Part shown: positions 52,185 through 62,470 of the stretch, in pieces
How positions within the stretch are numbered: position 1 is the first letter of the stretch
How the letters are laid out: each line of letters opens with the position of its first letter
Source of the DNA: an uncultured Desulfobacteraceae bacterium
Lineage (GTDB): Bacteria > Desulfobacterota > Desulfobacteria > Desulfobacterales > UBA11574
Assembly (NCBI GenBank): GCA_964410925.1
Contig: CAYPIW010000155.1
Span: 1,607-65,606 of the forward strand
DNA: 64,000 bases
Direction of reading: 5' to 3'
Made by a program: the position numbers and the translations under genes
Notes under the pieces: model-generated
Database searches by the model: none
What the model was told of the DNA's origin: nothing
The model's input: the letters and a program-made list of their open reading frames with translations, nothing else

Positions 52185-52772
52185 ATGGATAATAATGCGC
52201 AAATCGTCGTCCGGTGCTCAAAATGCGGCATAAAAAACAGAGTATCACCGGAAAATATCAAAGGAACCGCAAAATGCGGCAGGTGTGGGACCCCCCTTGA
52301 ATTGGATCCGGCCGAAAAGAATGCCGGTGAATCCGTTGTTTTCCGATGTGCGGCATGCGGAACCCGCAACAAAATCCCCCTTGCGAAAATCCATGGCGGC
52401 CCCAAATGCGGAAAATGCGGGGCCGTACTTGAAACAAAAGAATTGTTTTTATCCCAGCCGATGATGGTTACGGATTCGAATTTCGATAATCTGGTACTCA
52501 AATCCCCGCTTCCGGTGCTCCTGTTCGCATGGGCCCCCTGGTGCCCCTCATGCAGGACGTTTATACCGGTTATTGATGACTACGCAAAAGATGCACAGGG
52601 AAAAATCAGGGTCGGCAAATTAAACGTGGATTCAAATCAGGGGCTCTCTTCAAAATACAACATTCTCAGCGTCCCGCAAATTTTAATTTTTGATAACGGC
52701 CGGTTAAAACAAACCCTGCCGGGAACCCTGCAAAAGCATGAGATTATGATCAAAATGGCGCCGTATCTATAG
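52185..52772 (+). CDS. Thioredoxin with two tandem N-terminal zinc-ribbon modules; active site WCPSC
   Basis: VVRCSKCG...AKCGRCG and VFRCAACG...PKCGKCG, then FWAPWCPSCR and a thioredoxin fold. A GGAGAA RBS precedes the ATG at 52185. Confidence 0.85.
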   Translation: MDNNAQIVVRCSKCGIKNRVSPENIKGTAKCGRCGTPLELDPAEKNAGESVVFRCAACGTRNKIPLAKIHGGPKCGKCGAVLETKELFLSQPMMVTDSNFDNLVLKSPLPVLLFAWAPWCPSCRTFIPVIDDYAKDAQGKIRVGKLNVDSNQGLSSKYNILSVPQILIFDNGRLKQTLPGTLQKHEIMIKMAPYL

Positions 52773-52936
52773 CCCGGAATGCACGCCGAGCATGGGGCCT
52801 GGGAGGGTGTCCGGGTATTTCCTGGCGCACCTTTTTCGGTGGTATCCACTTTCCGGATCTGTTATTTCTAAATTGAGCGATTATCGAGATTGCCGCAGAT
52901 ACAAGAATGTTTCGGATTAATGTGTTTTAGAGTCAA

Positions 52937-53875
52937 ATGAACCCCACTTCTCGAGCAAAAGCCTATCGTAATTTGCCTCTGGCAGGCGCTCTCTTCGTAT
53001 TGAGTGCATCTTTCACTTTTGCAGCTATGGGGGCGCTGATAAAAGTTGTCTCAACGTCTCTTACCAATGAACTGATTGTGTTTTTTCGCAATTTCTGTGC
53101 TCTGGTCTTCATTCTGCCGTGGATCTGGTACAGCCGTTCTCTTAAAGGCGTAAAAACATCGTTCTTTCAACTCCACCTGCTGCGCAGCTTGGCGGGGCTT
53201 GGGGCAATGTACTGCTTTTTCTATTCAATCGCTCACTTGCAGCTCTCCGAAGCCTGCCTGCTCGCTTCTACGGCGCCTCTGTTTATTCCGGTGATTGCCT
53301 ATATATGGATTCGTGAGCCTGTCGCCCGGAAGGTAAGAAGGGCGATAATCATCGGTTTTATTGGAATCCTCTTAATTCTCAAGCCTGGAATCGGCGTCTT
53401 TCAGCCAATCGCCATCGTGGGTCTGGCATCGGGCATGTTTGCCGCTTTGGCCATGGTCACCATCCGACGAATGTCCGCTTCAGAACCCGCGATCCGAATC
53501 GTTTTTTATTTCTCGGCCTTGGGCACTTTGATTTCAGGAGTTCCTCTGTTTTGGTCCTGGCAATCCCCTCAACCAAAGATATGGTGTTTACTCATCCTTA
53601 TCGGTATGCTGGCCGCCGTTGGGCAAATCCTGATCACCAAAGGATACAGTCTCGCACCGGCGGCCCGGGTAGGTCCATTAACTTACGGGAACGTGGTATT
53701 TGCAACCTTCCTCGGTTGGTTGTTTTGGGGAGAATCTCTCGACGCTCTGACATGGGCCGGCGCGGTTATGATTTGTATTGCCGGAATCATTACCACCCGA
53801 CAAACAAAAACTCATACACTTCTGGGCACTGCAACCAGAGAAACAACAGATCCTATCCCCCACTGTTCGGACTAG
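52937..53875 (+). CDS. EamA/DMT-family transporter
   Basis: 312 aa with about 10 hydrophobic segments in two EamA-like halves. Confidence 0.8.
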   Translation: MNPTSRAKAYRNLPLAGALFVLSASFTFAAMGALIKVVSTSLTNELIVFFRNFCALVFILPWIWYSRSLKGVKTSFFQLHLLRSLAGLGAMYCFFYSIAHLQLSEACLLASTAPLFIPVIAYIWIREPVARKVRRAIIIGFIGILLILKPGIGVFQPIAIVGLASGMFAALAMVTIRRMSASEPAIRIVFYFSALGTLISGVPLFWSWQSPQPKIWCLLILIGMLAAVGQILITKGYSLAPAARVGPLTYGNVVFATFLGWLFWGESLDALTWAGAVMICIAGIITTRQTKTHTLLGTATRETTDPIPHCSD

Positions 53876-55446
53876 TCGGAACGAGGCAACAGAATCGCAA
53901 ACACAAGACAGACACTCGATGCCAGCAGGGATATCCAGAACACCGGCATGACGCCGTGGCCCACGGCTTCCTGCAAAGCATGCTGGACATCTGTTGACAT
54001 GAGGGTCTGAATTTCCGGGAGAAAAATGTTCCCCACGTTTTGTTGAATCCGGGACAAAAGTTCCAGATCGATTGTTTGTTGCAAATCCAAACTCAATACC
54101 TTTTCCAGAGCGTTTAAAAACGTAACCGTGACGAGACTGCCCGATATGCCGATACCGATGGTACCTCCGAGTGTCCGGGTAAACTGGTGAGAGGCGGTGG
54201 AAACGCCCAGGTTTGAAATGTCCACACTGTTTTGCACCACAAGGAGTGTGGCAATGGATACAAAACCCATGCCGAGCCCGGCCACGGTCAAAATGATCGA
54301 ACATAACACCAAAGAAGTCGCCGAGGAAAACCATAAGGTCATGGCGCTGCCGGCCACCAGAAAAACGCCGCCCAGAATGCTGGCGGTTCTTTTTCCAATC
54401 AAATTGACCACCTGCCCGCAAAACAGTGCGCCGAATGACCATCCCAGGCTCAAGGGCATCATGGCCAGCCCCAGTTGCGCCGGTGTTTTGCCCAGAGCGC
54501 CCTGAATAAATAAAGGACTGAATGAAAAGAGCGAGAAAATCGCAAAACTTGCAAAAAAGGCGGCCCCGTTGCCGAAACCAAAGCGTTTCAGCTTGAAGAA
54601 ATCCATGGACAGAATCGGTTCTTTAGCCCGCTTTTCCACATGGTAAAAGGCGAAGCCCCCCACTGCAGTGACCGCAAACAGTCCGACAATTTGAACAGAC
54701 AGCCAGTCGTAACTGCGGCCGGCCATCAAAAAGGCGGTCAGCAAGGCCAGGATGGTGGAAGAAAGGATGAACATGCCCGGATAATCCATGGAAACGGATT
54801 TTCTTTTTTCACGGGTTTCGATCAGATACAAGAATATTCCCAGCAAGGAAACCGCTCCCACCGGCAAGTTGATAAAGAAGATCCAGCGCCAGGAGAAATA
54901 ATTGACAATAAACCCGCCGATGCTCGGACCCAGAACACTGGCCACTCCCCACACAAAACTGGCGATGGACATCATCTTGCCGCGTTTTTCCATCGAAGAG
55001 ATATCGGACAAAACAATATAGGTCAGGGCAAAGCTTCCACCGGCACCGATGCCCTGAATCACCCGGGATAAAATAAGCTGTGTCATATTCTGGGAAATCC
55101 CGGCCGATACGGAGCCGGTCAGAAAAATACAGATGGAAACATTGAAAAGTTTTTTGGTGCTGTAAAGATCGCTGAGCTTGCCAAAAAGCGGAAGGGCCAG
55201 CGCTCGGCTCAAAAGATAGGACGAAAAGGCCCAGCTGTATAGATGCAGTCCGCCCAGGTGAGCCACGATAGACGGCATGGCCGCTCCCATCACCAGGGCA
55301 TCCAGGGCCGCTAAAAACAGGGCCAATAACGATGCCACAATGATAAAAATACGGTTTTTAAGACTGATCAGCTGTTCCGGAGGGAGCGGAGCTTCGTGCA
55401 GTGTTGGGGCGGCGGTTGAAGAGGTTTTGTTTTGGTCCTTCTGCAC
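53872..55446 (-). CDS. MFS transporter (14-TMS DHA2/EmrB-like)
   Basis: 524 aa. GKLSDLYSTKK-type motif A region. Many TM segments. Its convergent end overlaps the EamA gene by 4 nt. Confidence 0.85.
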   Translation of the reverse strand: MQKDQNKTSSTAAPTLHEAPLPPEQLISLKNRIFIIVASLLALFLAALDALVMGAAMPSIVAHLGGLHLYSWAFSSYLLSRALALPLFGKLSDLYSTKKLFNVSICIFLTGSVSAGISQNMTQLILSRVIQGIGAGGSFALTYIVLSDISSMEKRGKMMSIASFVWGVASVLGPSIGGFIVNYFSWRWIFFINLPVGAVSLLGIFLYLIETREKRKSVSMDYPGMFILSSTILALLTAFLMAGRSYDWLSVQIVGLFAVTAVGGFAFYHVEKRAKEPILSMDFFKLKRFGFGNGAAFFASFAIFSLFSFSPLFIQGALGKTPAQLGLAMMPLSLGWSFGALFCGQVVNLIGKRTASILGGVFLVAGSAMTLWFSSATSLVLCSIILTVAGLGMGFVSIATLLVVQNSVDISNLGVSTASHQFTRTLGGTIGIGISGSLVTVTFLNALEKVLSLDLQQTIDLELLSRIQQNVGNIFLPEIQTLMSTDVQHALQEAVGHGVMPVFWISLLASSVCLVFAILLPRSD

Positions 55447-55562
55447 GGTTTTGTTTTTTATATATCCTTTCTATCTAATAAAATTATACCGAAGTATCAA
55501 TATCTGCTGGGTGTAAATCAAGGCTGTTGTTTGCTAAGATTGCCATGGCTGTTTGGTGTCCC

Positions 55563-55585
55563 CCTGAAACCTGACACCTGACACC
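55563..55585 (-). repeat. Second GGTGTCA heptad array (ggtgtca ggtgtca ggtttca on the minus strand)
   Basis: cctgaaacctgacacctgacacc on the + strand, 23 nt downstream of the stop of minus-strand CDS 55608..56390. It has the same orientation relative to its upstream gene as the array at 33631. Confidence 0.7.
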
Positions 55586-55607
55586 TTAAACGCATTAAAA
55601 ACCTTAT

Positions 55608-56390
55608 TCATTCACTTACGCTCGTAAAAATGGAATTGCCTTGGGAAAAAACCAGCAACTGGCCCGGCTCAACCCCGTTCCAATTCTCATTGCTCAAGGG
55701 CTGGCTGGCCACGATGTATCCTCGTTCCTCCGGATCTACGACGTCTGCCAAATTGATCGTCAGGTATTGGCCGCGAAGTCTGACAACCGGGTATGGCGCC
55801 TGGCGCAATAAAAAATGCAGCCCAACGTGCCCTGATCTGTCGTGGTATGCGAACAGGTGCCTGCCATTACTAAAGATCAGATTCAGCGTTCCCAACCGGT
55901 TGATTTCTCGTAATTTCTCATGCAAGAGCATAAAGCCATCTCTGTCGGCCAATTGAATTCCACGATAGCTGAGCCATGATAATAAACCACAAAAGATAAG
56001 CTCGGAATCGGTTTCCCCGATTGGACTGAACTCTCTGTTGGGAAAACCCAGTTGACGGGGATCTATCGTGCCATTGTGGGCAAAAACCCAGGTTTTCTGA
56101 TCAAATCTTCGATAAAAGGGATGTGTGTTGATGTAACCAACCCTGCCTGCCGTCGCACGGCGGATGTGCGAGACAAAAATCCGCGACCGAGCGCCTGAAT
56201 GTTCCAGAAAACTTGTGGCAAGACGACTCCGGTCCACCGGTCTGGATTCTTTTACGATTTGGGTACCATATTCATCATACCAGCCCACGCCCCAGCCATC
56301 AGGATTATTCATTGCTCCGGCTGTTAAACCGGAAAATGCCAAATGAACGGAAACTTCTGTGTTGAAACAAAGACCCAGTAGTTCGCACAT
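55608..56390 (-). CDS. Class II (Ntn) glutamine amidotransferase, YafJ-type
   Basis: MCELLG N-terminus (nucleophile Cys2) from the ATG at 56390. NPDGWG and HNG motifs. Confidence 0.85.
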   Translation of the reverse strand: MCELLGLCFNTEVSVHLAFSGLTAGAMNNPDGWGVGWYDEYGTQIVKESRPVDRSRLATSFLEHSGARSRIFVSHIRRATAGRVGYINTHPFYRRFDQKTWVFAHNGTIDPRQLGFPNREFSPIGETDSELIFCGLLSWLSYRGIQLADRDGFMLLHEKLREINRLGTLNLIFSNGRHLFAYHDRSGHVGLHFLLRQAPYPVVRLRGQYLTINLADVVDPEERGYIVASQPLSNENWNGVEPGQLLVFSQGNSIFTSVSE

Positions 56391-56788
56391 GAAAATTGCC
56401 CCCTCACGAAACATGACCAACCCAGTTGGCCATGTAAAAATACCCTGCCATACAAACCGTTTACGACTTATCCTTTGACAAATCGGAAGGTAGGGATTGC
56501 CAGTCTTTTAGTTTAGTGGATGGAACATATATTTTGTCCAATCTGATGTATCTTCCGTATAATCATGCTTTCTGATAAATTTCCACCGTTTTTTGGTTTG
56601 TCGATAGATCGAAAGTTTTCGGGTCAGGCGAAAAGCTCCTTTTCTGTGTGGAAAAATTCGCCCTTTGATTTCATTTTCCTGCTGGACAAATCATCAAATG
56701 CGTCTTATTTTATATATTTTTGGTAAATTGATACCTGCTCCCATCCGGCGCAAATATAATTCGTAACAAATCGAGGAAAGGAAATTTT

Positions 56789-57859
56789 ATGCAAATCGGA
56801 TTGTTAGGTCTGCCCAACTCCGGCAAGACAACCATTTTTAACGCCCTGACACGCTCCCAAGCCGAAGTCGGCGCTTATGTGAACAACAAGGCCAAACCCA
56901 ACGTTGCCGTTGTTGAGGTGGGCGACGAGCGCATATCCCGCCTCACCCGGCTTTATCACCCGAAAAAAACCACCTATGCCAGCATCGAAATCGTCGATTT
57001 TGCCGGATTTGCCGAAGGTTCGGCCCGAAAAAACGATTCTTTCAGCGCGCAGATGAATCTTGTCCGAAACCTCGATGCCATTGCTCTGGTTATCCGTAAT
57101 TTTAGTGATGACGTGACCGGCAGTCCCATGCCGCTTGCCGATATTGATACCATGGTCACGGAGTTTATCCTGACGGATATGATGATCACCGAGAAAAGGC
57201 TCGAACGCATCGCCTGGAGCACCCGGCGCGGCAAAAAGACCAACACCATGCAACTGGAAGAGAAGGTTCTCCATAAGATCCTCGAAGAATTATACCGGGG
57301 CCAGCCCGTCCGGGAGTTGACGTTGAACCCCAACGAACAAAAGCTGATCAGCGGCTTTCAGTTTTTAACCCTCAAGCCTTTTTTTGTTATTCTTAACTCC
57401 GGAGAAAATAACTTCGGTCGCACCCCGGAACTTCTGGCCGAAATAGAAGAAAAATACAAGGTGATCGAATTTGCGGGGAATTTCGAAATGGAGCTGGCCG
57501 CGTTCAGCGACACCCAGGAAGCTGGGGCGTTCATGGAGGAAATGGGAATCGCCGAATCCGCCCACGACCGCATGACCCGATTTGCCTATGAAGTTCTGGA
57601 CCACATCAGTTTTATTACCGTGGGACCCGATGAGGTCCGGGCCTGGACGCTGCGCAACGGGGACACGGCCCTGGAAGCCGCCGCAACCATCCATTCCGAC
57701 CTTTGCCGGGGGTTTATCCGTGCTGAGTGTTTTTCTTACGACGACCTGATGGCCTGCGGTTCGGAGAAAGGCATCCGCGACAGCGGCCACTTTCGCCTGG
57801 AAGGCAAAAACTACAAGGTAAAAGACGGGGATATTTTAAATATTCTCTTCAGCGTATAG
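56789..57859 (+). CDS. ychF: YchF/OLA1-family GTPase/ATPase
   Basis: GLLGLPNSGKTTIFNALT P-loop. C-terminal TGS-like domain (RAWTLRNGDTALEAAATIHSD...F). Confidence 0.88.
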   Translation: MQIGLLGLPNSGKTTIFNALTRSQAEVGAYVNNKAKPNVAVVEVGDERISRLTRLYHPKKTTYASIEIVDFAGFAEGSARKNDSFSAQMNLVRNLDAIALVIRNFSDDVTGSPMPLADIDTMVTEFILTDMMITEKRLERIAWSTRRGKKTNTMQLEEKVLHKILEELYRGQPVRELTLNPNEQKLISGFQFLTLKPFFVILNSGENNFGRTPELLAEIEEKYKVIEFAGNFEMELAAFSDTQEAGAFMEEMGIAESAHDRMTRFAYEVLDHISFITVGPDEVRAWTLRNGDTALEAAATIHSDLCRGFIRAECFSYDDLMACGSEKGIRDSGHFRLEGKNYKVKDGDILNILFSV

Positions 57860-57862
57860 AGC

Positions 57863-59698
57863 TTAGTTTACGCCGTTTTTATTTCTCCGCTTCTTAAAGG
57901 AAAGTACTTTTTTGTGCAGCCTGATAGATCGTGGAGTAACCTCCACCATCTCGTCGTCTTTTATAAAATTTATGGCCTTTTCGAGAGTCATGGGTTGCAC
58001 CGGCGAACAGACCGTGCTTTCATCTTTTCCGGCGGCACGCATGTTTGTGAGCTTTTTTTCCTTGCTTGGATTCGCACTGATATCAACGCCCTTGTTGTGT
58101 TCGCCGATGATCATCCCCTCATAAACAGGTTCTCCGGGAACAATGAAAAGGCGGCCCCTGGGTTCGAGGTGGTAGAGGGCATATGCAACAGAGCTCCCCT
58201 GCCGGTCCGACACAATCGAGCCGGTGAACCGGGTGGGAAAATCTCCCCGAAACGCCTCGTACCCGTCAAAAAGGGTGTTCATGATTCCGGTCCCCTTGGT
58301 GTCCGTCAAAAATTCATCCCGGTAACCGATTAAAGAGCGTGATGGAATGGAAAATTCAGCCCTTACCCTTCCGCTGCCGTTATTGACAAGGTGTGTCAGC
58401 CGTCCCTTTCTTATGGAAAGCTTTTCGGTCACAACCCCGAAAAAATCCGCATCACAATCCACAAACAGTTTCTCAATGGGCTCGAGCAGGGTTCCGTTTG
58501 CCTGTTTGCAAATCACCTTTGGACGGCCCACGGAAAGTTCAAACCCTTCCCGCCGCATGGTTTCGATGAGGATGGCCATCTGAAATTCACCTCTGCCTTT
58601 TACGATAAATCTTTCCCTGTCCTCGGTCTGTTCTAACCTGACGGCAACGTTTTTAAGGGTTTCCTTGATCAGCCGTTCGCGTATTTTACCGGACTGTATG
58701 ATTTTGCCTTCCTTCCCACTCAACGGAGAAGTGTTTATGGTAAATTCCATGGAGATGGTCGGCTCGTCTACGGTGATTCTCTTTAAGGGTTTTGGATACT
58801 CCCGAGTGCAAATCGTGTCACCGATTTTGACATCCTCAATTCCAGAGAGAACAACAATATCACCGGGTTCCGCCGCATCAACCTCTTTCAGATTCATCCC
58901 GTCATATACCTGAAGCCTGGATATCTTGAGCGGAAGATGCTCCGCTTTGTCGTTGATACAGACCATGGTGTCATGAAACTCGGCGTTTCCGTTAAAAATT
59001 CTTCCGATGGCAAGCCGTCCGAGATAATCCGAATATCCGAGATCAGACACCAGCATCTGAAACGGTTCTTCGGAGTCATATTCAGGAGCCGGAATCTCAT
59101 TGAGGATGGTTTCAAAAAGAAGATCAAGGTTTTCCCTTTTTTCGGCAAGAGTCTTTTTTGCAATGCCTTGGCGTCCGATGGCATACAGATATGGAAAATC
59201 GAGCTGTTCGTCGCCTGCATTGAGATCGATGAAAAGGTCATATATCTCATCGAGAATCTGTTCAGGACGGGCATCCTTTCTGTCGATCTTGTTGATCACC
59301 ACAACAACCTTGAGGCCTTTCTCAATGGTTTTCTTCAACACGAAACGGGTCTGGGGAAGTGGTCCTTCAGACGCATCCACGAGCAAAATTGCACCGTCCG
59401 CCATGGACAGTGCGCGCTCGACCTCTCCGCCGAAATCGGCATGTCCGGGCGTGTCGATGATGTTTATCTTTACCCCGTTCCATTTCACGGAACAGTTTTT
59501 TGCAGCAATGGTTATTCCTCTTTCCCTTTCGAGGTCCATGCTGTCCATGATTCTCTCATCAACTTCAAGACCCGGTCTGAAGAGGCCGCTCTGTCTGAAC
59601 ATGGCATCAACAAGGGTCGTCTTGCCGTGGTCAACATGCGCAATGATGGCAATGTTTCTTATTTTTTCATTTCTGATATTTTTTTTCACTGAACACAC
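57863..59698 (-). CDS. typA: Translational GTPase TypA/BipA
   Basis: IRNIAIIAHVDHGKTTL, DTPGHADFGGEV, NKIDR. 611 aa. Confidence 0.95.
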   Translation of the reverse strand: MCSVKKNIRNEKIRNIAIIAHVDHGKTTLVDAMFRQSGLFRPGLEVDERIMDSMDLERERGITIAAKNCSVKWNGVKINIIDTPGHADFGGEVERALSMADGAILLVDASEGPLPQTRFVLKKTIEKGLKVVVVINKIDRKDARPEQILDEIYDLFIDLNAGDEQLDFPYLYAIGRQGIAKKTLAEKRENLDLLFETILNEIPAPEYDSEEPFQMLVSDLGYSDYLGRLAIGRIFNGNAEFHDTMVCINDKAEHLPLKISRLQVYDGMNLKEVDAAEPGDIVVLSGIEDVKIGDTICTREYPKPLKRITVDEPTISMEFTINTSPLSGKEGKIIQSGKIRERLIKETLKNVAVRLEQTEDRERFIVKGRGEFQMAILIETMRREGFELSVGRPKVICKQANGTLLEPIEKLFVDCDADFFGVVTEKLSIRKGRLTHLVNNGSGRVRAEFSIPSRSLIGYRDEFLTDTKGTGIMNTLFDGYEAFRGDFPTRFTGSIVSDRQGSSVAYALYHLEPRGRLFIVPGEPVYEGMIIGEHNKGVDISANPSKEKKLTNMRAAGKDESTVCSPVQPMTLEKAINFIKDDEMVEVTPRSIRLHKKVLSFKKRRNKNGVN

Positions 59699-59737
59699 TT
59701 CCGTATGAAAACCAATAAAACGTCAACGGGCAACAAT

Positions 59738-59886
59738 GATGAACTCGCAAAAAGCCATAAAATACCGTTTTCTCTCCGAGCCGCAGGCCGTCATTCCGGC
59801 GAAAGCCGGAATCCAGTCTTTTCAATCGGTTTCAGAGCACCTGGACTCCGGTTTTCACCGGAGTGACGACTTTTTGCGAGTTCATC
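59738..59886 (-). mobile_element. 149-bp MITE-like element, copy B (inverted relative to copy A)
   Basis: Same terminal inverted repeats (gatgaactcgcaaaaag / ctttttgcgagttcatc). Flanked by aacaat on both sides. The interior is the reverse complement of copy A at about 90% identity. Confidence 0.85.
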
Positions 59887-60058
59887 AACAATAAGCATGG
59901 AAATATTTTTTGCAACCTCAATTGGATGACGGGTGTCGCGAATTTCCTGGAATGAGGCGACTTCATGTACGCCGCAGTGAACCCGAAATCAAGCGCAATG
60001 CAGAAATTGGATTTTTTACCCGGCTGTCAATCTTTGACACCGGACGTCGTATGTTACC

Positions 60059-61666
60059 CTAATCGGCAAATTTGGCCCAGATTTTTCTACCGTCCAATGT
60101 CGCACCTTTAAGGGATTTGAGGACTTTTTTGGCCACGCTTTTTTCAACATCAAAGAGTGAAAACTCTCTTTTAAGTTGGATACGGCCGAGTTTTCTGGAG
60201 GATATACCCGATTTGTCGCAGACCAGGCGGACGATGGCGCTTTCTTTGAGTTTGTCCAGTCGGCCGACATTCATGAAAAATCGCCGGGTATTGCCTTCGA
60301 GGCGGTGTTCGGCTTTATCTGCCTTTGTTTGGCGTTTTTTGACTTTCACGTTTATGTCCTGGGCTCCTCGGTAGTAATCGAGAAAGCGATTGAACTCGGC
60401 GGAAACGAATCGACGGATCAATTCCTCCTTACTCAGAGCCGAAAGGGTTTCAAACACCGGAGGAAGGTAATTATCGATTTCTTTTTTGTTGACCTCCGTG
60501 TAAACCAGTCGATCCACCATTGCATAAAGCTGCTTTTCGCAAACCGCTTGGCCGCCGGGGATTTTTTTATACTCGAACCGAATGCCGCTTTTAGATTCCA
60601 GTTCTTTGATCCGTCGGACTTCCCGGGTGTTTACCAGAACGATGGATACGCCGGATTTACCCGCCCGCGCCGTTCGACCGCTCCGATGGGTGTAACGATC
60701 CGGTTCATCGGGAAGATTGTAATTGATAACGTGGGTGATGCCATCCACATCCAGACCCCGTGCGGCCACATCGGTGGCCACCAGCAGTTGCAGGGTCCGT
60801 TCCCTGAATTTTTTCATCACTTGATTCCGTTGCATCTGGGACAGGTCGCCGTGCAGCGGTTCGGCATTGTAGCCGTCTTTCATCAGCTTGTCGGCCACGG
60901 TCTGGGTCTCCACGCGCGTACGGCAGAAAATGAGGCCGAAGATGTCGGGAATATAGTCGATCATCCGCTTGAGGGCCGCGTACCGATCTTTTTCTTTGAT
61001 CACATAACAGGCGTGAGAGATGTTTACAGCGGCTGTATTGGGCAAGCCGGCGGTAATGGTTACCGGACGGATCATATAGGTGTCAGCGATTTTGCCCGCA
61101 GCATCGGGCATGGTGGCTGAAAAAAGGCAGGTTCGCTTGTGAGCGGGGGTCCGTTCCAGAATGGTGTCGATATCTTCCTGAAACCCCATGTTGAGCATTT
61201 CATCGGCTTCATCCAAAACCGCATGGGCCACCGTTCGCAAATTGACGGCCTTTCGGTTGATCAGATCCAACAGTCGGCCGGGCGTGGCCACGATGATCTG
61301 AGCCCCTTTTTTTATCAGGGTAATCTGCTCCCGAATACCGGCCCCGCCGTAGATAGCGGCAATCCGTGCGTTCGGGATGTGCCGGGCAAACAGGTTCAGG
61401 TCACCGGTGATTTGAAGGCAGAGTTCCCGCGTAGGGCAAAGAATCAGTCCCTGGGTTTTTTTTGATTCAAAATCAATCAACTGGATCAGGGGCAGGCCGA
61501 AGGCGGCGGTCTTACCGGTGCCGGTCTGGGCCAGGCCGATGACATCCGTGTCACCGGTCAGCATCCGGGGGATGACCTTTTCCTGAATTCGGGTGGCATG
61601 TTCAAATCCGAGCTGGTCAATGGCCCGGATGATTTCGTTTTTAAATCCAAAAGAAGAAAAATTCAT
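60059..61666 (-). CDS. DEAD-box ATP-dependent RNA helicase with a DbpA-type C-terminal RNA-binding domain
   Basis: AQTGTGKTAAF, VLDEADEML, SAT, HRSGRTARAG. I prefer the ATG at 61666 (MNFSSFGF..., AGGAAAG RBS) over the track start at 61798. Confidence 0.9.
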   Translation of the reverse strand: MNFSSFGFKNEIIRAIDQLGFEHATRIQEKVIPRMLTGDTDVIGLAQTGTGKTAAFGLPLIQLIDFESKKTQGLILCPTRELCLQITGDLNLFARHIPNARIAAIYGGAGIREQITLIKKGAQIIVATPGRLLDLINRKAVNLRTVAHAVLDEADEMLNMGFQEDIDTILERTPAHKRTCLFSATMPDAAGKIADTYMIRPVTITAGLPNTAAVNISHACYVIKEKDRYAALKRMIDYIPDIFGLIFCRTRVETQTVADKLMKDGYNAEPLHGDLSQMQRNQVMKKFRERTLQLLVATDVAARGLDVDGITHVINYNLPDEPDRYTHRSGRTARAGKSGVSIVLVNTREVRRIKELESKSGIRFEYKKIPGGQAVCEKQLYAMVDRLVYTEVNKKEIDNYLPPVFETLSALSKEELIRRFVSAEFNRFLDYYRGAQDINVKVKKRQTKADKAEHRLEGNTRRFFMNVGRLDKLKESAIVRLVCDKSGISSRKLGRIQLKREFSLFDVEKSVAKKVLKSLKGATLDGRKIWAKFAD

Positions 61667-62041
61667 AAATGCTTTCCTGATGAAGGCCGGTGGAAACCGC
61701 GGCCGGTCCTGTCGCTTAAAACAAACAAAAAACCGTCTCGGCGCGTTTACCGGACGGCTTTGTATGGTTTTCGGTATTGGATCCGGTGATATTGCCAAGC
61801 GGCATTGGCATATCCGCCGGATTATTTTAATAACTGTGCTTTAATATCGTCTATTTTTAAATTAATCAATCTTTTTTTATCAAACCAATGGAATTCGTCG
61901 AAAAGAAAGTATGATTTATATTATTCATGGGGATAAAATAAACTTATAACCGGTAGAGTCGGTGCTTTTATTCGTCAACGAATACGAGTAACCAAAAGGT
62001 ATGGAACTGTTCTTTCTTGAGAAAATATTACGATATATTGC

Positions 62042-62470
62042 TCAAGCTACTTCAAGAAAGTCCAGATCTTTGATGGAGAATTTAAAAATCAGTATATCAC
62101 AGATTTTATCCAAATTATCCTGAAGGGCCTTTTTCCTGAAATTCCCTGTCAGGCGGTTTTCAGCCACTGCTTTAACCATAACTGCAAGAAGCTGAACTCT
62201 CTGATGAAACACGCGTTCCTCCTCTATCTCAACCTCGGAGGCGATACCCGCCTGACGTTTCGATTCGTGATTTTCGAATAAATTTGCTTCGCCGGCCAAT
62301 TGCAGGGAATGATAAAAAACGTGACGGGCGTTTTCCATGATGGCAGATTTTCGATAATCTCCAATGGGATAATTTTTTAAATAAGCCTTGGCCATGATAA
62401 TAAGTAGTTTCAAGCGGGATAAAAAATTGTGGTCAATTGACATTGCACTCATTTCTCCTGCGCTCGGCAC
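62042..62470 (-). CDS. Hypothetical helical protein built from an internal duplication
   Basis: Two ~36-aa units: FLSRLKLLIIMAKAYLKNYPIGDYRKSAIMENARHV and FHQRVQLLAVMVKAVAENRLTGNFRKKALQDNLDKI. Confidence 0.5.
   Translation of the reverse strand: MPSAGEMSAMSIDHNFLSRLKLLIIMAKAYLKNYPIGDYRKSAIMENARHVFYHSLQLAGEANLFENHESKRQAGIASEVEIEEERVFHQRVQLLAVMVKAVAENRLTGNFRKKALQDNLDKICDILIFKFSIKDLDFLEVA

Noticed and set aside
52127-52501. 124-aa minus-strand ORF opposite the thioredoxin gene
   Set aside because: It is a shadow of the duplicated zinc-ribbon coding region. The thioredoxin frame has an RBS and unmistakable motifs.
53678-54442. 254-aa minus-strand ORF overlapping the MFS transporter and EamA genes
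   Set aside because: It is an alternative frame of the MFS gene. The R/G/C-rich translation has no motif, and the MFS frame is clearly the real one.
58937-61120. Long ORFs antisense to typA (58937..59692, 59100..59708) and to the DEAD-box helicase (60176..61120, 314 aa)
   Set aside because: They lie entirely within strongly supported genes on the opposite strand. Their translations are compositionally odd (R/G/H-rich) with no motifs. This is the typical shadow-ORF effect in GC-richer coding DNA.
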